From an uncultured Actinomycetes bacterium (GTDB lineage: Bacteria > Actinomycetota > Thermoleophilia > Gaiellales > Gaiellaceae), in the NCBI GenBank assembly GCA_963841405.1, contig CAWJCM010000006.1:852-64851 (forward strand): a DNA stretch of 64,000 nt. The letters run 5' to 3'. Shown here piece after piece: positions 38,281-48,041 of this stretch. Below the pieces are notes generated by a model. It worked only from the letters and a program-made list of their open reading frames with translations, was not told the DNA's origin and did not search any database. The first letter of the stretch is position 1, and the number at the start of each line of letters is the position of its first letter. The translations under genes and the position numbers were made by a program.

Positions 38281-39015
38281 TCAGCGCTGGCAGGCCGGGC
38301 ACCAGTAGGCGATCCGATTGGCGTCGCCCTGGCCGCGAGAGCAGATTCGCCCGCGGCAGCGAGGGCACGGCCGGCCGGCGCGGCGGTACACGCGGTTGGC
38401 GTGGCGACGGCCCTCGAGCGAGCCGCGCATCTGGGTCGTGGCGGCCCGGAGCACGGCGTGAAGCTCCGCGTCGCTCGTCTCCGAGAGCGGCCGCCACGGC
38501 GAGAGCTCGACGGACCACAGCGCCTCGGCCTTCCATTTGTTTCCGATTCCGGCGACGAGCCGCTGGTCGAGCAGCGCATCGCCGACGGCGCGACCCTGGT
38601 CGTCCCTGCGGAGGTTCTCCAGCATGCGGCCGACGTCCGGCTCGGCGGCGAGCACGTCCGGACCCAATCGTCGGACTGCGCGCGAGTGCAGCTCGAGCAC
38701 GGGGCCGTTCCACTGGACACCTTCGTAGCGCGAGCCCCGGAGGACGAGCCAGGGACGGCCGCGGCGCGTGGCGCCCCGCGGGACGAGCGACCAGCGGCCG
38801 GTGATCCGCAGGTGGCTGCGCAGGACGAGTCCGCCCTCGAAGGTGAGCAGCAGGTTCTTGCCGACCGCCTCGGCGGAGAGCAGGCGCCGGCCGTCGAGCC
38901 GCTCGGCGATCCTCCCGACCTGCGCACGGGGGTTCGGGGTCTCGACCTCGACCGGCTCGCCGACGAGCGGCTGCAGACGGCGGGCGGCCCGGTGAAGTGC
39001 ATCTCCTTCGGGCAT
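38281..39015 (-). CDS. Fpg/Nei family DNA glycosylase (endonuclease VIII-like)
   Basis: The 244-aa ORF has the N-terminal MPEGD catalytic motif, H2TH (GIGNKWKAEAL) and a C-terminal zinc finger CPRCRG...CPACQ. Confidence 0.85.
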   Translation of the reverse strand: MPEGDALHRAARRLQPLVGEPVEVETPNPRAQVGRIAERLDGRRLLSAEAVGKNLLLTFEGGLVLRSHLRITGRWSLVPRGATRRGRPWLVLRGSRYEGVQWNGPVLELHSRAVRRLGPDVLAAEPDVGRMLENLRRDDQGRAVGDALLDQRLVAGIGNKWKAEALWSVELSPWRPLSETSDAELHAVLRAATTQMRGSLEGRRHANRVYRRAGRPCPRCRGRICSRGQGDANRIAYWCPACQR

Positions 39016-39034
39016 CGGGTAGGACGATAGGAGG

Positions 39035-39454
39035 ATGAACGCGCGTGCGGCAGCAGCGGGGGCGACGGCAGCCCTCCTCTGGACGGCGTCCGAGCCGCTC
39101 GACCGACGGATCTTCCGCTGCGACTACTCGGACACGGCGCTGCTCGGCAAGGCGGTCTCTCGCCGCCACTGGCGGCCCGTCGGCCTCGCGATGCACGCGG
39201 CGAACGGCGCCGCGTTCGGCCTCGCCTTCGACCTCGTCCGCCGGCGCACGGGCGCAAGGCCGGTTTCGCTCGCGGTCGGCATGGCGATGGCCGAGAACGC
39301 GGCGCTCTGGCCGTTCTGCGCACTCGTCGACCGCTACCACCCCGCCCGAGGCGAGCCCGGTGTGCCGCCGCTGCTCACGAATCGGCGCGCCTTCGCACAG
39401 GCGACCTGGCGGCATGCCCTGTTCGGCCTCGCGCTCGGCGTGCTCGCCCGTTAG
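39035..39454 (+). CDS. hypothetical membrane protein
   Basis: The 139-aa ORF has several hydrophobic segments. No recognisable domain. Confidence 0.5.
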   Translation: MNARAAAAGATAALLWTASEPLDRRIFRCDYSDTALLGKAVSRRHWRPVGLAMHAANGAAFGLAFDLVRRRTGARPVSLAVGMAMAENAALWPFCALVDRYHPARGEPGVPPLLTNRRAFAQATWRHALFGLALGVLAR

Positions 39455-40257
39455 TTGGCTGGCCCCCGGCGCACGAGCGCGAGCATCTCGCCGGTGCTTC
39501 CGCGCCGGTCGTGGACGTTCTCCAGCCACCAGGTCGCCCCCGCCGCGGCGTAGGCGCCCGGATCGACCTGGTCCGCGTGCCCCATGACGGCAACGTCGAA
39601 CCCGTCCAGCTCGCCACGGGCGTCACGCAGGGTGGAGACCGAGCGCTCGACGTCGGCGGGCGTCTTCGTCATACCCTCCCGGTTCGTCGAGTCCGCCGCC
39701 CAGCCGTCGAAGCGGGCTGCGCGGCGGAGCGCCCGCGCGCTGTTACCGCCGATCCAGATCGGCACCTGCTCCTGTGCCGGGCGAGGCGCGAGCGTCACTC
39801 CGTCGACCGTGTAGTGGCGCCCGTGGTGCTGGACCCGGTCGCCCGACCAGAGCCGGCGGAGCACCTCCAGCCCCTCGTCCAGCTGTTCTGCCCGCGTGCG
39901 CGCGTCCGCGACCTCGCCGAAGGCGGTGAACTCCGACTCGATCCCGCCGATCCCGGCGCCGAAGACGACGCGGCCGCCGCTGAGCACGTCGAGGGTCGCG
40001 ACCTGATGCGCCAGCACGTGCGGGCGCCGCCGGGGAACCGGCGTGACGTTCGTGCCGACCACGAGCGAGGACGTTCGGGCCGCGACCGCGGCGAGCGTGA
40101 CCCAGGGGTCAGCCGCAGGCGGGCCCCAGACGAAGGCGAGGTGGTCCCAGAGGAAGAGCGCCTCCCAGCCGGCCGCCTCCGCCTCGCGGCCGAGCTCGAC
40201 CACGGTGCGAGGGTCGGCGTAGGAACCGACGTTGGCGACGCAGAGACCGAGCCGCAC
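39451..40257 (-). CDS. LLM-class (luciferase-like) flavin/F420-dependent oxidoreductase
   Basis: The 268-aa ORF contains AEAAGWEALFLWDH and GGRVVFGAGIGG. Confidence 0.8.
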   Translation of the reverse strand: MRLGLCVANVGSYADPRTVVELGREAEAAGWEALFLWDHLAFVWGPPAADPWVTLAAVAARTSSLVVGTNVTPVPRRRPHVLAHQVATLDVLSGGRVVFGAGIGGIESEFTAFGEVADARTRAEQLDEGLEVLRRLWSGDRVQHHGRHYTVDGVTLAPRPAQEQVPIWIGGNSARALRRAARFDGWAADSTNREGMTKTPADVERSVSTLRDARGELDGFDVAVMGHADQVDPGAYAAAGATWWLENVHDRRGSTGEMLALVRRGPAN

Positions 40258-40295
40258 CGCCGCACTCTAGGGGCGACCTGCAGCAGAATGCGCCC

Positions 40296-40796
40296 ATGAC
40301 GACCAACTACGAGCGAGCGTTCGAGGCCCGGCCCGAGGTCTACGCCGCCTGGGCCGAGCTGCTCGGCGCGATCAAGGCGAACATGGATCTCCGCCGCTAC
40401 GAGCTGGCCACGCTCGCCGCCGCTCAGCGCCTCCGGTCCAGCTACTGCTCACTCGCGCACGGCAAGGTCTTGATCGAGCAGTTCGGAGAGCCCGTGCTCC
40501 AGATCGCCACCGACCGCAGTGCCGCCGGGCTGGACGAGGTCGACCTGGCCGTCATGGACCTCGCCGAGCGGGTCGTCGACGACGCGACCGCGATCGACGA
40601 GGCCGATCTGCAGCGGCTCCGCGACCTCGAGCTCTCGGACGAGGAGATCCTGGACGTGATCCTCACCGCCGCGGCGCGGAGCTTCTGGACGAAGACGCTC
40701 GATGCGCTCGGCGTGCAGCCGGACGCGAGCTACGGCGAGCTCGAGCCGGAACTGCGCGAGGTTCTGGTCGTCGGCCGCTCGATCGCCGAGCCCTGA
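40296..40796 (+). CDS. carboxymuconolactone decarboxylase / AhpD-like family protein
   Basis: The 166-aa ORF contains LRRYELATLAAAQRLRSSYCSLAHG, a CxxH-type AhpD-like motif. Confidence 0.7.
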   Translation: MTTNYERAFEARPEVYAAWAELLGAIKANMDLRRYELATLAAAQRLRSSYCSLAHGKVLIEQFGEPVLQIATDRSAAGLDEVDLAVMDLAERVVDDATAIDEADLQRLRDLELSDEEILDVILTAAARSFWTKTLDALGVQPDASYGELEPELREVLVVGRSIAEP

Positions 40797-40799
40797 CCC

Positions 40800-41369
40800 G
40801 CGGCAGACCGGAAGCGCGTTCGCCCGATGCCGAGTGGTGCTTCCCCGGCGGATCTTCGACAACTGGAACCCGTTTCTCGTCGTAGCCGATCCGGCGCTGT
40901 TCATGACAGCCTGGGTGCGTCTCCACAAAACCGCGTTCCGACCCGCACGGCGTCGGCTCCGAGGCCGATCACCTGGGCGAATCATTCGGCAGTCGTGACG
41001 CCGCCCGCCGCGACCACGGGAACCGAAACCGTGCCGAGCACGTAGACGAGCACGTCTGCGAGCGGCCGCGTCCCCCGCGCGTCTCCATCCGCCCTCGATT
41101 CCCTGGGCGACCACGTAGTCGCAGCCGCAGCCCTGAGCACTCTGCGCCTCAGCTGCGGACCCGACCTGCCATCCGGCGAGTGCCCCCCGATGGACCGCCT
41201 CGACGAGGTCGGGTCGTGGATCGCCGTAGAAGAACGGATCGATCGACTCGAGGAACGGCACGAGGAAATTCGTGCCGCACACGCCAGCGATACAAGGCCT
41301 CAACGTTGTTCCCATCTGGGTCGAGCAGCGATACTCTCGCTGGTTAGGGGCACACACGATCCCGGACAC
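40800..41369 (-). pseudogene. nitronate monooxygenase (NMO / 2-nitropropane dioxygenase)-like pseudogene
   Basis: NMO-like segments sit in three different frames: GTNFLVPF...DYVVAQGIEGG, then PLADVLVYVLGTVSVPVVAAGGVTTAE-stop-FAQVIGLGADAVRVGTRF, then a further shift. The N-terminus is missing. Confidence 0.55.
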
Positions 41370-41437
41370 TAGCCGCGGCGAACATCGGGTCGCGAACTGC
41401 CTCCCGACTGCACGGCAAACCGTCTTGCGGAATTTGA

Positions 41438-42895
41438 CACGAGTTCAGTACGGGTAGACCCTTTCGGGCAGGGTGGCTCACGACTGAGCGTCTGAGCGGC
41501 ACCGTCACCTTCCTGTTCACCGACATCGAAGGCTCGACGGGGCTGCTCAAGAAGCTCGGCCGAGAGCGCTACGGGGAGTTGATGGCCGACCAGCAGCGGC
41601 TGCTGCGGGACGCGTTCGCAGCGAATCGCGGCGAGGAGATCGACACGCAGGGCGACTCCTTCTTCGTCGCCTTCCGAAGCGGTGCCGACGCGCTCTCTTC
41701 GGCGGTCCAGATCCAGCGTGCATTGGCCGCTCACCGATGGCCGGAGGGTGTAGCGGTGCGGGTGCGGATCGGTGTCCACACAGGCGAGGCGTCGGCGACC
41801 GAGGAGCGGTATCTCGGCTTCTCCGTCCACCGCGCTGCCCGCGTTGGCGGGGCCGCCCATGGCGGGCAGGTGCTCGTCTCGGACTCGACCAGGTCGCTGA
41901 TCGAGGACGATCTGCCCGAAGGCATCTACCTCCGCGATCTTGGCCCTTACCGGCTGAAGGACATCGACCGCCCCGAACGGATCTCGCAGTTGGCCGCCGA
42001 GGGTCTCCAGGTGGAGTTTCCACCGCTCCGGGGGGCGGAGCGAGTCAAGCCGTCGCCCATCCTTCGACGCCGCTCGCTGCCGCCGCGGCGCTGGTCGGGG
42101 TGATCGCAGCCGCGGTCGCGATCCCGGTGTTCGCGATCGGCGGCGGCTCGGGCAACTCCGACGCGCTTGCGGGTGTCGACGGGAACGCGATCGGGGCCAT
42201 CGATGCGGCGAGCGGCCAGATCGCGCACTGGATCCCGGTCGCAGGTCCCGGGGTCGGTCGCGGTCGGAGAGGGCTCTATCTGGGTGACGAACGCCAATAG
42301 CCAAAGCGTCTCGAGAATCGACCCGAAGACGAACGCAGTCGTGCAGACGATCCAGGTCGGGAGCGGGCCTTCCGGGATCGCAGTCGGTGACGGTTTCGTC
42401 TGGGTCGCGAACAGCCTCGATGGCACGTTGTCGCAGATCGATCCGCGCACGAATGGCGTCGTCCAGCGAATCCCGGTCGGCAACCAGCCGACTGGTGTCG
42501 CCTTCGGCGGGGGCGGGCTCTGGGTCTCGAACTCGAGCGACCGCACTGTCGTACGAATCGACCCGCGTACTGGAACGAGCCGTAAGCCGATCCCGGTCGG
42601 CGGCGGAGCGGACGCGATCGCGGTCGGATCCGGGGCGGTCTGGGTGACAAGCGAGTCGGCAGGCAGCCTCGCCCGCATCGACCCGTCGACGGGGAGTGTG
42701 ATCCAGACGATCAACGTCGGCAACGGGCCCGCGGCGGTTGAAGTCGGTGCCGGCTCTGTCTGGGTCGCGAACTCATTCGACGGCACCGTCTCGCGGATCG
42801 ATCCGCAGACGGATGAAAATGTCAAGCGCTTCGGCGGCGCCTCCGGGCCGATTTCGTGCGGCTTATTGGTAGCGGCGGGTACTCGCAGGGGCTGA
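41438..42895 (+). pseudogene. 5' part of a disrupted giant gene: class III cyclase - TM helix - YVTN beta-propeller repeats
   Basis: The cyclase core LSGTVTFLFTDIEGST...GDSFFVAF...RIGVHTGEA has no canonical start after the in-frame stop at 41435. The TM segment LAAAAALVGVIAAAVAIPVF is only readable in another frame (about 42064-42250). The repeats (VWVANSLDGTLSQIDPRTN...) return to the first frame. Confidence 0.7.
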
Positions 42896-44492
42896 GATCG
42901 GCTCCTGTCGCGTCGGTCCGCGGCCGATCGGCTGTTTTCGGGCGTGCGCGGCCCTTCACCGGCGATGCCGGCGCCGGCGCGACGTCGTGTCCGCGCGCTC
43001 AGCGGGCGTTACGCTTCGTTGTGGGCGCGGGTGACCCCGGACCGAAGAGCGGGGCATCGGGGATGGAAGCCCCGCCGCGCAGGATTGCCGCTTGACGGCC
43101 TCAGAGTCGCACCCCAGTGGCGGCACCCGCGCCCGCTCTCTGGCGTGCTTTCGCGTGCCAGTCGGCGACGAGCTGGCGGTAGGCGAGCTCGCCCTGCTCA
43201 CTCAGCGCGCGTTCTCGGGCGCGTACCTCTTTGAGGTTGTAGGCGTGGGTGGAGCCGCGCTGGCCGCGGCGTGAGGGCATGCCGGCGCGGAGCTCGAGCT
43301 TGCGCAGCTTCTGCGCCAGCAGCGAGGGACGGCCGTAGGCGTAGTCCTCGCCCTTGACGATCAGGTGCCAGCAGAGCACGGCCAGCTTGCGCGCGGTCGC
43401 GACGACCGCGATCTGCATGCCGCGGCGGGCACGGACGCGTTCGTAGAAGGCGTGGAGCGGACCGGGGGTCTTGGCCGCGGCCCAGGCGGCTTCAACCAGC
43501 ATGCCGCGCGCGTGCGCACGTCCCTGCTTGGTGATCCGTCCGTGCGAGGCCGGTTGTCCGCCGGACTGGCGCACCCGCGGGTTGAGCCCGAGATAGCAGA
43601 CCAGCTTCTCCGGTGAGCGGAAGCGGCCAAAGTCGCCAACAGCGGCGACGATCGAAAGGGCGACGGTGGCGTCGATGCCCGGGATTGTCATCAGCCGCTT
43701 CACCTCGTCGCGCTGGAGCGCGACGCGGGCGAGCTCGCTGTCGATCAGCCGGAGCTCCTCGCCGTGGAAGTCGAGCTGGCGCAGGAGCGCCTCGACCGCC
43801 CGCCGCTCGTCGGCGGGCAGCTCCTGCTCGACCAGCCACCCGCGGCCCTTGTGTCCGAAGAGGTCCGCGGCCGGGCAGCGCGGGATCAGGTTGCGGTGCA
43901 GGATCGACTGCACCCGGTTCTTCAACCGCGTCCGTTGCCGCACGATATGGGCCCTACGGGCGACCTGGCGGCGCAGCGCGTGCGTCTCGTCATCGGCGAT
44001 CCAAACGCCGGGCAGATAGTCGGCCGCCAACAGCTCGGCCAGCACCTGCGCGTCGACCTTGTCCGTCTTCACCTTCGCCTCGGCGATCGCGCGCGTCTTC
44101 ATCGGATTCGAGACAACCACGCGGCCGACGTGCTGCTCGAGCAGCCGCGCGATCGCGTGCGTGTTGCAGGTCGCCTCGATCGCCACCTCGTCCAGCTCGC
44201 ACAGACTCTCGGCGAAGAGGCGAAGCGCCTCCGGCGTCGTCGTGATCTGCCCCGCCGAGCGCACGACCCCGTCCTCCCAGATCGCCACCTCGGCGAACTC
44301 GCGATGCACATCCAGACCGATACAGCGTCGCATGCTCACTCCTTCCAGCATCGGTTGACATCGGAGCAAGAGGCGGGCAAACGACACCTACGGATCCGCG
44401 CTCGAGGCGCATCCGGGCAAGTCGCAGGGGCGGCCAAATAACTAACACGGGCTCGAAGCCCATCCTGCAAGAACGGCCTGCCCGACCTGCGT
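42896..44492 (-). mobile_element. IS110-family insertion sequence (boundaries approximate)
   Basis: A transposase gene plus non-coding flanks are inserted between beta-propeller repeat units of the disrupted gene. No clear inverted or direct repeats are present, as usual for IS110. Confidence 0.7.
43101..44333 (-). CDS. IS110-family transposase (DEDD N-domain plus Transposase_20)
   Basis: MRRCIGLDVHREFAEVAIWEDG...IPGIDATVALSIVAAVGDFGRF...ITKQGRAHARGMLVEAAW. I took the start at ATG 44333, preceded by GGAAGGAG; the track ORF starts 54 nt upstream. Confidence 0.88.
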   Translation of the reverse strand: MRRCIGLDVHREFAEVAIWEDGVVRSAGQITTTPEALRLFAESLCELDEVAIEATCNTHAIARLLEQHVGRVVVSNPMKTRAIAEAKVKTDKVDAQVLAELLAADYLPGVWIADDETHALRRQVARRAHIVRQRTRLKNRVQSILHRNLIPRCPAADLFGHKGRGWLVEQELPADERRAVEALLRQLDFHGEELRLIDSELARVALQRDEVKRLMTIPGIDATVALSIVAAVGDFGRFRSPEKLVCYLGLNPRVRQSGGQPASHGRITKQGRAHARGMLVEAAWAAAKTPGPLHAFYERVRARRGMQIAVVATARKLAVLCWHLIVKGEDYAYGRPSLLAQKLRKLELRAGMPSRRGQRGSTHAYNLKEVRARERALSEQGELAYRQLVADWHAKARQRAGAGAATGVRL

Positions 44493-46409
44493 TTGCTCCC
44501 GAACGCCCCCGTCCCGGACGGTCGCACCGTACTCACCAACCCGGACACCACCAGCATCGAGGCGGTCAAGGGTCACGGCGGGCATCCACCGCCCTTCATA
44601 CGCGATACGAACAAGGTGGAGGCCACAATCCAGGTCGGCGACGGGCTGCGCAGCGTCGCGATGACACTGGACGGCAAATCTGCCTGGGTCTCGAACGAGC
44701 TCGGCGGCACGCTGTCCAGGATCGACACGACTCAGGAGAAGGTCGTCCGGACCGTCACGACGGGAAACCAACCCAATGGCCTTGCCCTAACCGCACACAC
44801 GATGTACGTCGCCATGCGGGAATCCAGCCTCGCGCACCGTGGCGGCACATTGACCATCAGCTCGAACGACGCCAACCTCTTCAAGGGCCCAAACCCGGAC
44901 TACTGGGATTGGCTGAATCTCACAAACGACGGGCTCACGGGATTCCGGCACGTAGGTGGCAGCGCCGGCGCGCACCTCGTCCCGGATCTCGCCACCACGC
45001 TTCCGGCACCCACGGACGGAGGCAGGACGTACGCATTCCAGCTTCAACCGGGAATCCGCTACTCGACCGGAGCGCTGCTTGAACCTGCCGACTTCCGCCG
45101 AGCGATCAAGCGCGCGCTTCTCAACCCGCTGTACGGCGGCTTCTACTACACGGGTATCGTCGGCGCCGCTGCCTGCGTAAAGGCGCCGAAGCACTGCGAT
45201 CTCACCAGAGGGATCGTGACCGACCCGGCTGGCAGCACGGTCACGTTTCATCTCACCGCTCCCGACCCGGACTTCCTCTACAAGCTCGCGCTGCCGGCAG
45301 CGGTCGCGGTGGCCGCCGGCACCCCGCTCACGACGCGCGCGCGACTGCCCGCAACCGGCCCGTACATGATCAAGAATGCGAGCCAGAAGCTTCTGCGGCT
45401 GGTCCGCAATCCGCGCTTCCATGAATGGTCACGGGCCGGGCAGCCAAGCGGGTACCCAGCCGAGATCGTTTGGAGACTCAGTCCCTCACTCGAGGCGAGC
45501 GTCCGCGCCGTCGAGCAGGGAGCGTCCGACCTGACAGCACTTGGCACCGCGGCCACGCCCAGCCTGCGCCGGATCCTCTTCGAGCTGCGAACCCAGTACG
45601 CGAGCCAGCTGCACAACGAGCCAACGCCGTCGATCGGGTTCTTCCCTCTCAATACGAGGGTGCCGCCTTTCAACGACATCAACGCGCGACGAGCGGTCAA
45701 CTATGCACTCGACCGCAACGGCCTGATCGGTCCCGCTGGTGGCCTCGATTTCGTCCAACCGAGCTGCCAGGTGCTGCCGCCGAACTTCGACGGCTACCAA
45801 CGCTACTGCCCCTACACGATCGACCCGAAGTCCGACGGAACCTACACCGGCCCTGACCTCGCAAAAGCGCGGCGGCTCGTAGCCTCCTCCGGTACGAAAG
45901 GGCAGCGAGTGACTGTCTGGATCCTCAAGAGCTTCGCACCGTACGCCGCCTACCTCGTCTCTGCGCTCAACCGCATCGGCTACAAAGCGCGCCTCAAAGT
46001 CCTCTCGGACAACTCGGGGTCAAAGTACTTCAACGCCGCAACCGACTCGCGCCGAAAGATCCAGGCATTCGGCATGCTCTGGACGGCGGATTACCCCGCG
46101 GCCGGTGGGTTCATCACTCCGACGCTGAGCTGTGGCTCCTTCTCTCCGAACACCCCCGGCCAGCAAAACTTCTCTGAATTCTGCAACCAGAAGATCGACG
46201 CCGAGATCGCCCACGCCCGCGCACTCCAAACCAGCGACCGACCGGCCGCCTCCCAGCTCTGGCGCAAGATCGACCATGACCTCGTCGACCAAGCACCGTG
46301 GGCCGTCCAGTGGAACCCGCGGTCGATTCAGTTCGTCTCACGCCGCGTCCATAACTACCAGCATCATCCGGAATGGGGCCCGCTTCTCGACCAGATCTGG
46401 GTCAAGTAA
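44493..46409 (+). pseudogene. 3' part of the disrupted giant gene: last beta-propeller repeats plus a family-5 solute-binding (SBP_bac_5) domain
   Basis: The 638-aa ORF has no signal peptide and no credible start. It begins inside YVTN-type repeats (TVLTNPDTTSIEAV, AWVSNELGGTLSRIDTTQEKV) and continues as a peptide/nickel-type SBP fold. Confidence 0.7.
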
Positions 46410-46466
46410 GCGGAGTGGCCGGCGCCTGAACTCCCCGTCTGCACCGATGCACACTGCTCTCCCCTC

Positions 46467-46869
46467 TCAACTCAATGTTGCTGAGCGACCATCGGGGTCG
46501 AGCAGATAAGCCGCGTAGTAGCCAGGGCCGTAGTCACGGTACCCCGGCGCGCCATTCGACCGAAAACCGGCCTCGACTCCCGCATGGTGGAAGGCGTCAA
46601 CCTGCTCTTTGCTCCTCGCGTAGAAGCAGAGATGTCAGATTGGTCGTCGGCGGTCGCCTGTCCATGACGTTGAGGTCCGTGAAGTCAGTCCAGGCCGAAC
46701 TGCACGTTCCCTGCTCGTGCTCTGCGATCTTCGGGATTCCGAGCGGCGATAAGACCGTCTCGTAGAAGCGAACCGACGCCGTGTAATCGCTCGCGTTGAG
46801 ATCGACGTGGTCAAAGACCCTGAGCGTCCAGTCCCACTCGCTGGCGGTCATCGGGCCCGATGATTCCAC
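46467..46869 (-). pseudogene. VOC/glyoxalase family gene with a 1-nt frameshift
   Basis: The N-terminal half is FDHVDLNASDYTASVRFYETVLSPLGIPKIAE. After about 46630 the VOC C-terminal half (HLCFYARSKEQVDAFHHAGVEAGFRSNGAPGYRDYGPGYYAAYLLDPDG) is only readable in a shifted frame. Confidence 0.65.
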
Positions 46870-46893
46870 ACGCGAGGCAAGGCGCCTCGCCTG

Positions 46894-46942
46894 GGCCAGC
46901 GTTTAGGAATGTCCTTGAGCTCGAATCACGAACCGGCTCAGG
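46894..46942 (+). repeat. accessory-array repeat, copy i
   Basis: GGCCAGCGTTTAGGAATGTCCTTGAGCTCGAATCACGAACCGGCTC matches the core TGCGCCAGCGTTCGGGAATGACGCC, with a GTT...GAAC dyad. Confidence 0.65.
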
Positions 46943-47025
46943 ACATGCCCTGTGACGGCGCCTTACAGGAACACGCGGTACCGGGCGTGAGGTCTGAGGG
47001 CGCAATTCACCGATACGGTCACCAC

Positions 47026-47889
47026 GTGGGACAGGACGAACGGCTACCTCTGGGTTCGTCGTTCGGGGCAGCAGCGACCGCATACGCCGAGCACCGCCCG
47101 GACTACGCGCAGGCCGCGGTGCGCTGGGCGCTCGAACGCGCGACCGGCCCGCGAGTGCTCGACCTCGGCGCGGGAACCGGTAAGCTAACCGCCACGCTGG
47201 TCTCGCTGGGCGCCGAAGTCATCGCGGTCGAGCCCGACCCGGCGATGCTGACCGAGCTGCGCCGCGTGCTGCCGACTGTTCGCGCCTTGCCGGGTAATGC
47301 CGAGGCGGTGCCGCTGCCGGACGCGTCTGTCGATGCCGTGCTGGCCGGCAACGCCATGCACTGGTTCGACATGAACGTCGCAGGACCCGAGATAGCCAGA
47401 GTCCTCGAACCAGACGGCATCCTGGCCGGCCTGTGGAACATCTTCGACAACCGGGTCGACTGGGTTGCCGGACTCGAACGGATCAGCGGAAGCGCGGCCA
47501 TTGGCCCGCGGGATACGTTCAGCAGCTGGCGCGCCGAGACGGCCGAAGCGCACCTCCCAAACAGTGGCTCAATCGTCCAGTTCGGCTCGCCGGAGCAGGC
47601 CGAGTTCCCGCATGGGCAGCGCCGGACCGCCGACTCCCTCGTCGCGACGCTCGCGACGAAGGCGGGAATGCTGGTCATGCCAGAACAGGAACAAGAGGCC
47701 ACGCTCGGTCGGATCCGCGCTTTCCTCGCGAGCAGACCGGAGACCGCTCGCGGCGAATTCACCCTCCCGATGCTGACCGGCGTGCTCCGCGTCGCGCGAC
47801 TGCGAAAACCATCGACCGATCGTCTACGAGGTAAAGGGACTGCAGAGACGAGAGCGCCGCATGGGCCAGTGCTCAGGAACGACCCCTGA
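47026..47889 (+). CDS. class I SAM-dependent methyltransferase
   Basis: Motif I is VLDLGAGTGKLT, followed by LPLPDASVDAVLAGNAMHWF. I chose GTG 47026 as the start; the track ORF begins at ATG 46909, inside repeat i. Confidence 0.75.
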   Translation: MGQDERLPLGSSFGAAATAYAEHRPDYAQAAVRWALERATGPRVLDLGAGTGKLTATLVSLGAEVIAVEPDPAMLTELRRVLPTVRALPGNAEAVPLPDASVDAVLAGNAMHWFDMNVAGPEIARVLEPDGILAGLWNIFDNRVDWVAGLERISGSAAIGPRDTFSSWRAETAEAHLPNSGSIVQFGSPEQAEFPHGQRRTADSLVATLATKAGMLVMPEQEQEATLGRIRAFLASRPETARGEFTLPMLTGVLRVARLRKPSTDRLRGKGTAETRAPHGPVLRNDP

Positions 47890-47904
47890 ACCGGCTCGTA
47901 TGAA

Positions 47905-47950
47905 CTGCCTGCGGAGGCAGAGGTCGCATGTTCGAATCATGCCGGGCGCA
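47905..47950 (+). other. tRNA-Arg(CCG)-like 3' half, a non-functional fragment and possible att remnant
   Basis: CTGCC-tgcgga-GGCAG-AGGTC-GCATG-TTCGAAT-CATGC-CGGGCGC-A gives an anticodon arm (6-nt loop), a variable loop, a T arm and a 3' acceptor strand. No 5' acceptor or D arm lies upstream. Confidence 0.6.
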
Positions 47951-47975
47951 TCACCGCGACCCCCCAGCACCGTTC

Positions 47976-48024
47976 CTAGCGTTCCGGTGCGGGCGCGTGG
48001 CCGGAGGCGAGAACGGCGTGCCCC
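47976..48024 (+). repeat. accessory-array repeat, copy h (diverged)
   Basis: CTAGCGTTCCGGTGCGGGCGCGTGGCCGGAGGCGAGAACGGCGTGCCCC aligns with copy a (GTTCCGG ... GCGAACGGC ... GCCCC). Confidence 0.5.
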
Positions 48025-48041
48025 GATTACCATCGCCGCGC

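Noticed and set aside
42896-43100. Small ORFs 42856-43095, 42944-43234 and 43092-43274 flanking the IS110 transposase.
   Set aside because: They lie in the non-coding arm of the IS or antisense to the transposase 3' end. Their translations are low-complexity Arg/Ala-rich strings.
47905-47950. Annotating the tRNA-like sequence as a functional tRNA-Arg.
   Set aside because: No 5' acceptor strand or D arm exists upstream, and the anticodon loop has 6 nt with no U33.
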